DNA from: Nemertoderma westbladi
Taxonomy: Eukaryota > Animalia > Xenacoelomorpha
DNA: 64,000 nucleotides
NCBI GenBank assembly: GCA_032718475.1
Contig: JAUCBJ010008551.1
Coordinates: 7,002 to 71,001, forward strand
Direction: 5' to 3'
The notes under the pieces: model-generated
Told to the model about the DNA's origin: nothing
Database searches by the model: none
The model's input: the letters and a program-made list of their open reading frames with translations, nothing else
Part shown: positions 48,601 through 61,454 of the stretch, one piece after another
Layout: every line of letters begins with the position of its first letter
How positions within the stretch are numbered: position 1 is the stretch's first letter
Program-made: the position numbers and the translations under genes

Positions 48601-51600
48601 TGTACCAGATACGGGACAATAAGGTACAAAGTGGGACACGTCAACCTGTAACAGATACGGGACAATAAGGTACAAAGTGGGACACGTTCATCTGTACCAG
48701 ATACGGGACAATAAGGTACAAAGTGGGACATATTCAACTGTAACAGATACGTGACAATAAGGTACAAAGTGGGACACGTTCACCTGTAACAGATACGGGA
48801 CAATAAGGTACAAAGTGGGACACGTTCATCTGTACCAGATACGGGACAATAAGGTACAAAGTGGGACATATTCAACTGTAACAGATACGTGACAATAAGG
48901 TACAAAGTGGGACACGTTCACCTGTAACAGATACGGGACAATAAGGTACAAAGTGGGACACGTTCATCTGTAACAGATACGGGACAATAAGGTACAAAGT
49001 GGGACACGTTCATCTGTACCAGATACGGGACAATAAGGTACAAAGTGGGACACGTTCACCTGTAACAGATACGGGACAATAAGGTACAAAGTGGGACACG
49101 TCAACCTGTAACAGATACGGGACAATAAGGTACAAAGTGGGAACACGTTCACCTGTAACAGATACGTGACAATAAGGTACAAAGTGGGACACGTCAACCT
49201 GTAACAGATACGGGACAATAAGGTACAAAGTGGGACACGTTCATCTGTACCAGATACGGGACAATAAGGTACAAAGTGGGACATATTCAACTGTAACAGA
49301 TACGGGACAATAAGGTACAAAGTGGGACACGTTCACCTGTAACAGATACGGGACAATAAGGTACAAAGTGGGACACGTTCATCTGTACCAGATACGGGAC
49401 AATAAGGTACAAAGTGGGACATATTCAACTGTAACAGATACGTGACAATAAGGTACAAAGTGGGACACGTTCACCTGTAACAGATACGGGACAATAAGGT
49501 ACAAAGTGGGACACGTTCATCTGTACCAGATACGGGACAATAAGGTACAAAGTGGGACACGTTCACCTGTAACAGATACGGGACAATAAGGTACAAAGTG
49601 GGAACACGTTCACCTGTAACAGATACGTGACAATAAGGTACAAAGTGGGACACGTCAACCTGTAACAGATACGGGACAATAAGGTACAAAGTGGGACACG
49701 TTCATCTGTACCAGATACGGGACAATAAGGTACAAAGTGGGACATATTCAACTGTAACAGATACGGGACAATAAGGTACAAAGTGGGACACGTTCACCTG
49801 TAACAGATACGGGACAATAAGGTACAAAGTGGGACACGTTCATCTGTACCAGATACGGGACAATAAGGTACAAAGTGGGACATATTCAACTGTAACAGAT
49901 ACGTGACAATAAGGTACAAAGTGGGACACGTTCACCTGTAACAGATACGGGACAATAAGGTACAAAGTGGGACACGTTCATCTGTAACAGATACGGGACA
50001 ATAAGGTACAAAGTGGGACACGTCAACCTGTAACAGATACGGGACAATAACGTACAAAGCGGGACACTTCAACCTGTACCAGATACGGGACAATAAGGCA
50101 CAAAGTGGGACACGTCAACCTGTAACAGATACGGGACAATAAGGTACAAAGTGGGACACGTTCATCTGTACCAGATACGGGAAAATAAGGTACAAAGTGG
50201 GACACGTTCATCTGTACCAGATACGGGACAATAACGTACAAAGTGGGACACGTTCATCTGTACCAGATACGGGACAATAACGTACAAAGTGGGACACGTT
50301 CATCTGTACCAGATACGGGACAATAAGGTACAAAGTGGGACACGTTCATCTGTACCAGATACGGGACAATAAGGTACAAAGTGGGACACGTTCATCTGTA
50401 ACAGATACGGGACAATAACGTACAAAGCGGGACACTTCAACCTGTACCAGATACGGGACAATAAGGCACAAAGTGGGACACGTCAACCTGTAACAGATAC
50501 GGGACAATAAGGTACAAAGTGGGACACGTTCATCTGTACCAGATACGGGACAATAAGGTACAAAGTGGAACACGTTCATCTGTAACAGATACGGGACAAT
50601 AAGGTACAAAGTGGGACACGTCAACCTGTAACAGATACGGGACAATAACGTACAAAGCGGGACACTTCAACCTGTACCAGATACGGGACAATAATGCACA
50701 AAGTGGGACACGTCAACCTGTAACAGATACGGGACAATAAGGTACAAAGTGGGACACGTTCATCTGTACCAGATACGGGACAATAAGGTACAAAGTGGGA
50801 CACGTTCATCTGTACCAGATACGGGACAATAACGTACAAAGTGGGACACGTTCATCTGTACCAGATACGGGACAATAAGGTACAAAGTGGGACATATTCA
50901 ACTGTAACAGATACGTGACAATAAGGTACAAAGTGGGACACGTTCACCTGTAACAGATACGGGACAATAAGGTACAAAGTGGGACACGTTCATCTGTACC
51001 AGATACGGGACAATAAGGTACAAAGTGGGACACGTTCACCTGTAACAGATACGGGACAATAAGGTACAAAGTGGGAACACGTTCACCTGTAACAGATACG
51101 TGACAATAAGGTACAAAGTGGGACACGTCAACCTGTAACAGATACGGGACAATAAGGTACAAAGTGGGACACGTTCATCTGTACCAGATACGGGACAATA
51201 AGGTACAAAGTGGGACATATTCAACTGTAACAGATACGGGACAATAAGGTACAAAGTGGGACACGTTCACCTGTAACAGATACGGGACAATAAGGTACAA
51301 AGTGGGACACGTTCATCTGTACCAGATACGGGACAATAAGGTACAAAGTGGGACATATTCAACTGTAACAGATACGTGACAATAAGGTACAAAGTGGGAC
51401 ACGTTCACCTGTAACAGATACGGGACAATAAGGTACAAAGTGGGACACGTTCATCTGTAACAGATACGGGACAATAAGGTACAAAGTGGGACACGTCAAC
51501 CTGTAACAGATACGGGACAATAACGTACAAAGCGGGACACTTCAACCTGTACCAGATACGGGACAATAAGGCACAAAGTGGGACACGTCAACCTGTAACA

Positions 51601-54600
51601 GATACGGGACAATAAGGTACAAAGTGGGACACGTTCATCTGTACCAGATACGGGACAATAAGGTACAAAGTGGGACACGTTCATCTGTACCAGATACGGG
51701 ACAATAACGTACAAAGTGGGACACGTTCATCTGTACCAGATACGGGACAATAACGTACAAAGTGGGACACGTTCATCTGTACCAGATACGGGACAATAAG
51801 GTACAAAGTGGGACACGTTCATCTGTACCAGATACGGGACAATAAGGTACAAAGTGGGACACGTTCATCTGTAACAGATACGGGACAATAACGTACAAAG
51901 CGGGACACTTCAACCTGTACCAGATACGGGACAATAAGGCACAAAGTGGGACACGTCAACCTGTAACAGATACGGGACAATAAGGTACAAAGTGGGACAC
52001 GTTCATCTGTACCAGATACGGGACAATAAGGTACAAAGTGGAACACGTTCATCTGTAACAGATACGGGACAATAAGGTACAAAGTGGGACACGTCAACCT
52101 GTAACAGATACGTGACAATAAGGTACAAAGTGGGACACGTCAACCTGTAACAGATACGGGACAATAAGGTACAAAGTGGGACACGTTCATCTGTACCAGA
52201 TACGGGACAATAAGGTACAAAGTGGGACATATTCAACTGTAACAGATACGGGACAATAAGGTACAAAGTGGGACACGTTCACCTGTAACAGATACGGGAC
52301 AATAAGGTACAAAGTGGGACACGTTCATCTGTACCAGATACGGGACAATAAGGTACAAAGTGGGACATATTCATCTGTAACAGATACGTGACAATAAGGT
52401 ACAAAGTGGGACACGTTCACCTGTAACAGATACGGGACAATAAGGTACAAAGTGGGACACGTTCATCTGTAACAGATACGGGACAATAAGGTACAAAGTG
52501 GGACACGTCAACCTGTAACAGATACGGGACAATAACGTACAAAGCGGGACACTTCAACCTGTACCAGATACGGGACAATAAGGCACAAAGTGGGACACGT
52601 CAACCTGTAACAGATACGGGACAATAAGGTACAAAGTGGGACACGTTCATCTGTACCAGATACGGGACAATAAGGTACAAAGTGGGACACGTTCATCTGT
52701 ACCAGATACGGGACAATAACGTACAAAGTGGGACACGTTCATCTGTACCAGATACGGGACAATAACGTACAAAGTGGGACACGTTCATCTGTACCAGATA
52801 CGGGACAATAAGGTACAAAGTGGGACACGTTCATCTGTACCAGATACGGGACAATAAGGTACAAAGTGGGACACGTTCATCTGTAACAGATACGGGACAA
52901 TAACGTACAAAGCGGGACACTTCAACCTGTACCAGATACGGGACAATAAGGCACAAAGTGGGACACGTCAACCTGTAACAGATACGGGACAATAAGGTAC
53001 AAAGTGGGACACGTTCATCTGTACCAGATACGGGACAATAAGGTACAAAGTGGGACATGTTCACATGTACCAGATACGGGACAATAAGGTACAAAGTGGG
53101 ACACGTTCATCTGTACCAGATACGGGACAATAACGTACAAAGTGGGACACGTTCACCTATACCAGATACGGGACAATAAGATACAAAGTGGAACACGTTC
53201 ATTTGTAACAGATACGGGACAATAAGATACAAAGTGGGACACGTTCACCTGTACCAGATACGGGACAATAAGGTACAAAGTGGGACACGTCAACCTGTAA
53301 CAGATACGGGACAATAAGGTACAAAGTGGGACACGTTCATCTGTAACAGATACGGGACAATAAGGTACAAAGTGGGACACGTTCATCTGTACCAGATACG
53401 GGACAATAAGGTACAAAGTGGGACACGTTCATCTGTAACAGATACGGGACAATAAGGTACAAAGTGGGACACGTTCACCTGTAACAGATACGGGACAATA
53501 AGGTACAAAGTGGGACATGTTCACATGTACCAGATACGGGACAATAAGGTACAAAGTGGGACATGTTCACATGTACCAGATACGGGACAATAAGGTACAA
53601 AGTGGGACACGTTCATCTGTACCAGATACGGGACAATAACGTACAAAGTGGGACATGTTCACATGTACCAGATACGGGACAATAAGGTACAAAGTGGGAC
53701 ACGTTCATCTGTACCAGATACGGGACAATAACGTACAAAGTGGGACACGTTCACCTGTACCAGATACGGGACAATAAGGTACAAAGTGGGACATGTTCAC
53801 ATGTACCAGATACGGGACAATAAGGTACAAAGTGGGACACGTTCATCTGTACCAGATACGGGACAATAAGGTACAAAGTGGGACATGTTCACATGTACCA
53901 GATACGGAACAATAAGGTACAAAGTGGGATACGTTCATATGTACCAGATACGGGACAATAAGGTACAAAGTGGGACACGTTCATCTGTAACAGATACGGG
54001 ACAATAAGGTACAAAGTGGGACACGTTCATATGTACCAGATACGGGACAATAAGGTACAAAGTGGGACACGTTCATCTGTAACAGATACGGGACAATAAG
54101 GTACAAAGTGGGACACGTCAACCTGTAACAGATACGGGACAATAAGGTACAAAGTGGGACACGTTCATATGTAACAGATACGGGACAATAAGGTACAAAG
54201 TGGGACACGTTCACCTGTAATAGATACGGGACAATAAGGTACAAAGTGGGACACGTTCATCTGTACCAGATACGGGACAATAAGGTACAAAGTGGGACAT
54301 GTTCACATGTACCAGATACGGGACAATAAGGTACAAAGTGGGACACGTTCATCTGTTCCAGATACGTGACAATAAGGTACAAAGTGGGACACGTTCATCT
54401 GTACCAGATACGGGACAATAAGGTACAAAGTGGGACATGTTCACATGTACCAGATACGGGACAATAAGGTACAAAGTGGGACACGTTCATCTGTACCAGA
54501 TACGGGACAATAAGGTACAAAGAGGGACATGTTCACATGTACCAGATACGGGACAATAAGGTACAAAGTGGGACACGTTCATCTGTACCAGATACGGGAC

Positions 54601-57600
54601 AATAAGGTACAAAGTGGGACACGTTCATCTGTACCAGATACGGGACAATAAGGTACAAAGTGGGACACGTTCATCTGTAACAGATACGGGACAATAAGGT
54701 ACAAAGTGGGACACGTTCACCTGTAACAGATACGGGACAATAAGGTACAAAGTGGGACACGTTCATCTGTAACAGATACGGGACAATAAGGTACAAAGTG
54801 GGACACGTTCACCTGTAACAGATACGGGACAATAAGGTACAAAGTGGGACACGTTCATCTGTAACAGATACGGGACAATAAGGTACAAAGTGGGACACGT
54901 TCATATGTACCAGATACGGGACAATAAGGTACAAAGTGGGACACGTTCATCTGTAACAGATACGGGACAATAAGGTACAAAGTGGGACACGTTCACCTGT
55001 AACAGATACGGGACAATAAGGTACAAAGTGGGACACGTTCATCTGTAACAGATACGGGACAATAAGGTACAAAGTGGGACACGTTCACCTGTACCAGATA
55101 CGGGACAATAAGGTACAAAGTGGGACACGTTCATCTGTAACAGATACGGGACAATAAGGTACAAAGTGGGACACGTTCATATGTACCAGATACGGGACAA
55201 TAAGGTACAAAGTGGGACACGTCAACCTGTAATAGATACGGGACAATAAGATACAAAGTGGAACACGTTCATCTGTACCAGATACGGGACAATAAGGTAC
55301 AAAGTGGGACACGTTCATCTGTAACAGATACGGGACAATAAGGTACAAAGTGGGACACGTTCATCTGTAACAGATACGGGACAATAAGGTACAAAGTGGG
55401 ACACGTCAACCTGTAACAGATACGGGACAATAAGGTACAAAGTGGGACACGTCAACCTGTAACAGATACGGGACAATAAGGTACAAAGAGGGACACGTCA
55501 ACCTGTAACAGATACGGGACAATAAGGTACAAAGTGGGACACGTTCACCTGTAACAGATACGGGACAATAAGGTACAAAGTGGGACACGTCAACCTGTAA
55601 CAGATACGGGACAATAAGGTACAAAGTGGGGACACGTTCACCTGTAACAGATACGTGACAATAAGGTACAAAGTGGGACACGTCAACCTGTAACAGATAC
55701 GGGACAATAAGGTACAAAGTGGGACACGTTCATCTGTACCAGATACGGGACAATAAGGTACAAAGTGGGACATATTCAACTGTAACAGATACGTGACAAT
55801 AAGGTACAAAGTGGGACACGTTCACCTGTAACAGATACGGGACAATAAGGTACAAAGTGGGACACGTTCATCTGTACCAGATACGGGACAATAAGGTACA
55901 AAGTGGGACATATTCAACTGTAACAGATACGTGACAATAAGGTACAAAGTGGGACACGTTCACCTGTAACAGATACGGGACAATAAGGTACAAAGTGGGA
56001 CACGTTCATCTGTACCAGATACGGGACAATAAGGTACAAAGTGGGACACGTTCACCTGTAACAGATACGGGACAATAAGGTACAAAGTGGAACACGTTCA
56101 TCTGTAACAGATACGGGACAATAACGTACAAAGCGGGACACTTCAACCTGTACCAGATACGGGACAATAAGGCACAAAGTGGGACACGTCAACCTGTAAC
56201 AGATACGGGACAATAAGGTACAAAGTGGGACACGTTCATCTGTACCAGATACGGGACAATAAGGTACAAAGTGGAACACGTTCATCTGTAACAGATACGG
56301 GACAATAACGTACAAAGCGGGACACTTCAACCTGTACCAGATACGGGACAATAAGATACAAAGTGGAACACGTTCATCTGTAACAGATACGGGACAATAA
56401 GGTACAAAGTGGGACACGTTCACCTATACCAGATACGGGACAATAAGATACAAAGTGGAACACGTTCATTTGTAACAGATACGGGACAATAACGTACAAA
56501 GTGGGACACGTTCACCTATACCAGATACGGGACAATAAGATACAAAGTGGAACACGTTCATTTGTAACAGATACGGGACAATAAGATACAAAGTGGGACA
56601 CGTTCACCTGTACCAGATACGGGACAATAAGGTACAAAGTGGGACACGTCAAGCGGTAACAGATACAGGACAATAAGGTACAAAGTGGGACACGTTCACC
56701 TGTAACAGATACGGGACAATAAGGTACAAAGTGGGACATGTTCACATGTACCAGATACGGGACAATAAGGTACAAAGTGGGACATGTTCACATGTACCAG
56801 ATACGGGACAATAAGGTACAAAGTGGGACACGTTCATCTGTACCAGATACGGGACAATAACGTACAAAGTGGGACACGTTCACCTATACCAGATACGGGA
56901 CAATAAGATACAAAGTGGAACACGTTCATTTGTAACAGATACGGGACAATAAGATACAAAGTGGGACACGTTCACCTGTACCAGATACGGGACAATAAGG
57001 TACAAAGTGGGACACGTCAACCTGTAACAGATACGGGACAATAAGGTACAAAGTGGGACACGTTCATCTGTAACAGATACGGGACAATAAGGTACAAAGT
57101 GGGACACGTTCATCTGTACCAGATACGGGACAATAAGGTACAAAGTGGGACACGTTCATCTGTAACAGATACGGGACAATAAGGTACAAAGTGGGACACG
57201 TTCACCTGTAACAGATACGGGACAATAAGGTACAAAGTGGGACATGTTCACATGTACCAGATACGGGACAATAAGGTACAAAGTGGGACATGTTCACATG
57301 TACCAGATACGGGACAATAAGGTACAAAGTGGGACACGTTCATCTGTACCAGATACGGGACAATAACGTACAAAGTGGGACATGTTCACATGTACCAGAT
57401 ACGGGACAATAAGATACAAAGTGGAACACGTTCATCTGTACCAGATACGGGACAATAAGGTACAAAGTGGGACACGTTCATCTGTAACAGATACGGGACA
57501 ATAAGGTACAAATTGGGACACGTTCATCTGTAACAGATACGGGACAATAAGGTACAAAGTGGGACACGTCAACCTGTAACAGATACGGGACAATAAGGTA

Positions 57601-57780
57601 CAAAGTGGGACACGTCAACCTGTAACAGATACGGGACAATAAGGTACAAAGTGGGACACGTCAACCTGTAACAGATACGGGACAATAAGGTACAAAGTGG
57701 GACACGTTCACCTGTAACAGATACGGGACAATAAGGTACAAAGTGGGACACGTCAACCTGTAACAGATACGGGACAATAA
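42646..57780. repeat. 46-bp satellite/minisatellite array (~329 units by length)
   Basis: Consensus aagtgggacacg(tcaac/ttcat/ttcac)ctgta(a/c)cagatacgggacaataaggtaca, with no unique spacers. Confidence 0.99.
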
Positions 57781-57849
57781 TCATCTAAAACAGACTCATG
57801 CAAAATTAAACGTCGGAAATAATGAAACAATACCAGGTGTTAATGACTC

Positions 57850-58582
57850 CGGTTTATTGTTTTGGTTAGAATAGCATGCTACCGTAACCTATTCCTTTCT
57901 TTAATTGAGAATTAACATGGTTGATAGGATACGCAAGGAAACATGTGCCTATTCACTTCACCTGTCAACAGTGGTTGGTTAGTAAGTAAGTTGAATAAAA
58001 TCCAGCATCAAATGACATCATATGACCAATCACCGAACCAAATTGTATTGAATACAATTAACGCAGTTCAAAAATAATATATAATAATATAATTGCTAAT
58101 TCGGTATATAATAGAATTAATTTAATAACAGAGGCAAAATAAACCCTTAGTATAAATATCATATGTAAGTAAATGTCTGTGCTGCACTGTATGTGAGTTC
58201 TGGGAAAAGATTTATACATAACATACATGGTTCCGCTTGATTAGTCTATTAAGTGAAGGGTACTCCCATTACTATACAGACAATTCAAAGTAATAAAATC
58301 CCGAGAAAAGACTTTATCAAAATCATTAGTCATTATTCCTCATGCAATCCATATTTCATAAGGGAGGTTTATAGTGTTTGACCAAAGTAAAGTGTGTTTA
58401 CGATGTGCCTTATATAATAACGTATCAGCTACCTCACTCTATGCCGCACAATGGCCAGACGTTAAATGTACTCGATTAGGCGTAATTAATATCTGCTCAC
58501 AATGTTAAATTATCAATTACCGGTATATGGGAATAAAGGAGAAGGTTATAGTGGGACATTATTCTAACCAAAACAATAAACT
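57850..58582. mobile_element. Possible MITE with imperfect inverted ends
   Basis: gtttattgttttggttagaata (about 57852) pairs with tattctaaccaaaacaataaac (about 58560). The same motif is repeated at 62195-62290. Confidence 0.4.
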
Positions 58583-59109
58583 AAAGTCGATTTTCCCCTG
58601 GAGAGGGATGGATTTTGATTGCGTCGAAGTCCCCCTATCGGAATGATTCAACCCTCTCCCGGGCTCTTAGTTGGAGAAATAGACGCAAATAATAACTGAT
58701 TTACTCCAAAAAATAAAACTGTAACCTGTGCACTCGAATTTATTGGTTTGTAATAACGAGGCACTGTAGCCTGCTCCTTTCTCTTAATTTATAACAGAGC
58801 CGAGCCGAGCCGAGCAGAGTCGAGTCATTATTAATTCATTGATATGGGATTCGCTGTGTCAAGTATCAAGCTGAGGTTGCCACAGCCCAATAATAATGGT
58901 GGGAAATGTCTGAAATTTTGGCACTAATACTGAAACATGGGGTGGGAGGGCACATGAGGTGGGCACGATGTAAATTCAGCTCAAACTCTACAATATTAAT
59001 TATTACTGTACGGAAACTACTAGCAAAACGATATATAAACATTAAACAAAATCACTGATATATATATATTTAAATACTTTGAGGACTAAATAAATTATTC
59101 GTATTTTAC

Positions 59110-59206
59110 CTGTCTGTTGCAGCTCCATAACTGTAAGCCCCGTAAATAATTTAACTCGTCGGGACCTTCACAGAAGGCGTCGCTGTCTTTCACAGAAACA
59201 AGAAAC
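59110..59206 (-). CDS. 97-nt internal exon of the CCCH gene
   Basis: Acceptor tttatttaccgcag| and donor CAG|GTAAAA. Starts phase 2 and ends phase 0. Encodes FLVSVKDSDAFCEGPDELNYLRGLQLWSCNRQ. Confidence 0.8.
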
Positions 59207-59322
59207 CTGCGGTAAATAAATAAAGAGTACAAATATATATAGAGCGCAAAATTAAATAATTACGTTGTGTAACGTAACTGTAAGATAAAGTAAACCAACG
59301 ATACGGTATTTATTTGACGTAC

Positions 59323-61225
59323 CTCGCCCAATCGTTGATGTCGGGGGCCCACGCGACGAATAAACTCTGCAGCAGAGAGCCGGGACCCTTGTACCACCCC
59401 GTGTAATCGTGCATCGACATACGGAATATCCTCGATACATCCTCGATCGAGTGACCCTTCAGGTTGTATCCTTTCATCACTTTCGCGAGAACAACCGCCT
59501 TATCGTGCTTCCAAAGTTCGCTTTCAGAATCGAGAGATTCGCTATCCTCAATGTACTCCTCTTCTAGGTCGAGGCTATTCAGTCGAATAACAAACGCATC
59601 AACATCTTTAACATCCTCCAACTTGATCTCACCACTGCTATCCACCCTATTGTCCTCATCGTCCTCAGCAATGGGAGCTAACGGTACCATACGAGATTTC
59701 GATTCATCCAATATTCTCTCCACAACGTCATTGAGGTCAACGCCGCTGTTCTCCACTAAGTTGTTCTCAACGATAGTAGAAAGAGATACATTCGGGGAGA
59801 GCGGATCCACAATGGTAAATGATTCATTAGTGGGGTCGTTGATTTGTGTGGGACCTGTTGAGCTATTCTCTAGAGCTGTGCCATTATCTATGGCACCTGT
59901 TGAGCTATTCTCTGGAGCTGTGCCATTATCTGTAGGTGTAGCACCTGATGAGGTATTCTCTGGAGCTGTGCCATTATCTATGGCACCTGTTGAGCTATTC
60001 TCTGGAGCTGTGCCATTATCTGTAGGTGTAGCACCTGATGAGCTATTCTCTGGAGCTGTGCCATTATCGTTTGCACCTGTTGAGCTATTCTCTAGAGCTG
60101 TGCCATTTTCTTTTGCACCCGTTGAGCCATTCTCTGGAGCTGTGCCATTATCTATGGCATATGTTGAGCTATTCTCTGGAGCTGTGTCATTATCGTTTAA
60201 ACCTGTTGAGCTATTCTCTATAGCTGTGTCATTTTCTTTTGCACCTGTTGAGCCATTCTCTGGAGCTGTGCCATTATCTATGGCATATGTTGAGCTATTC
60301 TCTGGAGCTGTGTCATTATCGTTTAAACCTGTTGAGCTATTCTCTATAGCTGTGTCATTTTCTTTTGCACCTGTTGAGCCATTCTCTGAAGCTGTGCCAT
60401 TATCTATTGCGCCTGTTGAGCCATTCTCTGGAGCTGTGCCATTATCTATTGCGCCTGTTGAGACAATCTCTGGCTCTGGAGCTGTGGCAACAACTATTGC
60501 GCTTGCGGATATAGATTGTGTAGCATCTACATCTGTGGAGTCAGACACCTCAACCTGATTGTCACTACGAGGAGAAACTGTGGCATCGTTTATACATGGG
60601 GTCCCATCGTCAACAAGTACCAGCTCATTGTCAACCCGATCTGTGTCGCAGTCACCCACTGCTGAACCTCCGTCTGTAATAACGATCCTACACAGCTGAG
60701 GGGGACCTAATCCATGCCGGGGAGATACAACCATGGGATACTGGGGGGCAAACGAAGTCGACGAATTAATTTCCGAAGGTAATACAGATTCCCTTGAAAT
60801 AACGAAAGAATTCTCATGAACTATTCGATCTAAGGATATTTCTAGAATAGTGCTAGCTTCCTTCCTCTTTCGGACTAACTCGTCGCTTTTCTTTCTTTCT
60901 GCGTTTCGAACTTTTTCGCGGTACTTTTTGGCCAACTTTTCGAGTTCGCCTTTCCTCCCGTTTGCCCCTTCAGGGTGGGCGTACCAACACCTACCGCGGT
61001 AGACGCAATCTCCCTCCAGATGGTGCGAACAGATGGGGCGATCGTTGGCGTCATGCGAGAACTCGCAGTTGAACCGGGAGCACCGGTTCCGGAAGTAGTA
61101 CTTACAGGGCTCTACTTCCCTAACGTAATGTTGGCAGAACTTCTTTACGTAGTCAGGGTGGGAGGAGAAGAACTCATTTCTGCTGAAGTAAGGGAGCAGC
61201 AAACCTTCGAACCAATCATCAAGTT
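59323..61225 (-). CDS. Large exon of a tandem CCCH zinc-finger protein with a 14-16 aa repeat region
   Basis: C-x7-C-x4-C-x3-H and C-x7-C-x5-C-x3-H fingers. Acceptor tttgtag| at 61226 and donor AG|GTACGT at 59322 (phase 2, matching the next exon). Confidence 0.8.
59853..60470 (-). repeat. 42/48-bp coding minisatellite (TGAIDNGTAPENSS)
   Basis: About 14 units visible in both DNA and protein. Confidence 0.9.
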
Positions 61226-61454
61226 CTACAAATATAAATATAAAGCTGTTGCAATAATAATGTTAAATATTATTTTAACAATATTATAATTACAATATAT
61301 ATATATATAATATAGGCTACCAATTAATTAAAGTCACACCAAAATGGATAACAATTTCACCAAAAATAATTATATTATACCAATTTAAATAATGGTACTC
61401 CAAACAAAATTATTCAACACCAAATAAAATAAAGTCACCCCAAATGAGGTAGAA

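Noticed and set aside
42646-57780. CRISPR array, or a protein-coding repeat gene (the many MYLIVPYLL ORFs)
   Set aside because: There are no unique spacers and no cas genes, and the context is eukaryotic. The ORFs are artefacts of a 46-bp (non-triplet) repeat.
59464-60558. 364-aa plus-strand ORF
   Set aside because: It is an antisense shadow of the repeat-containing CCCH exon and has no independent motifs.
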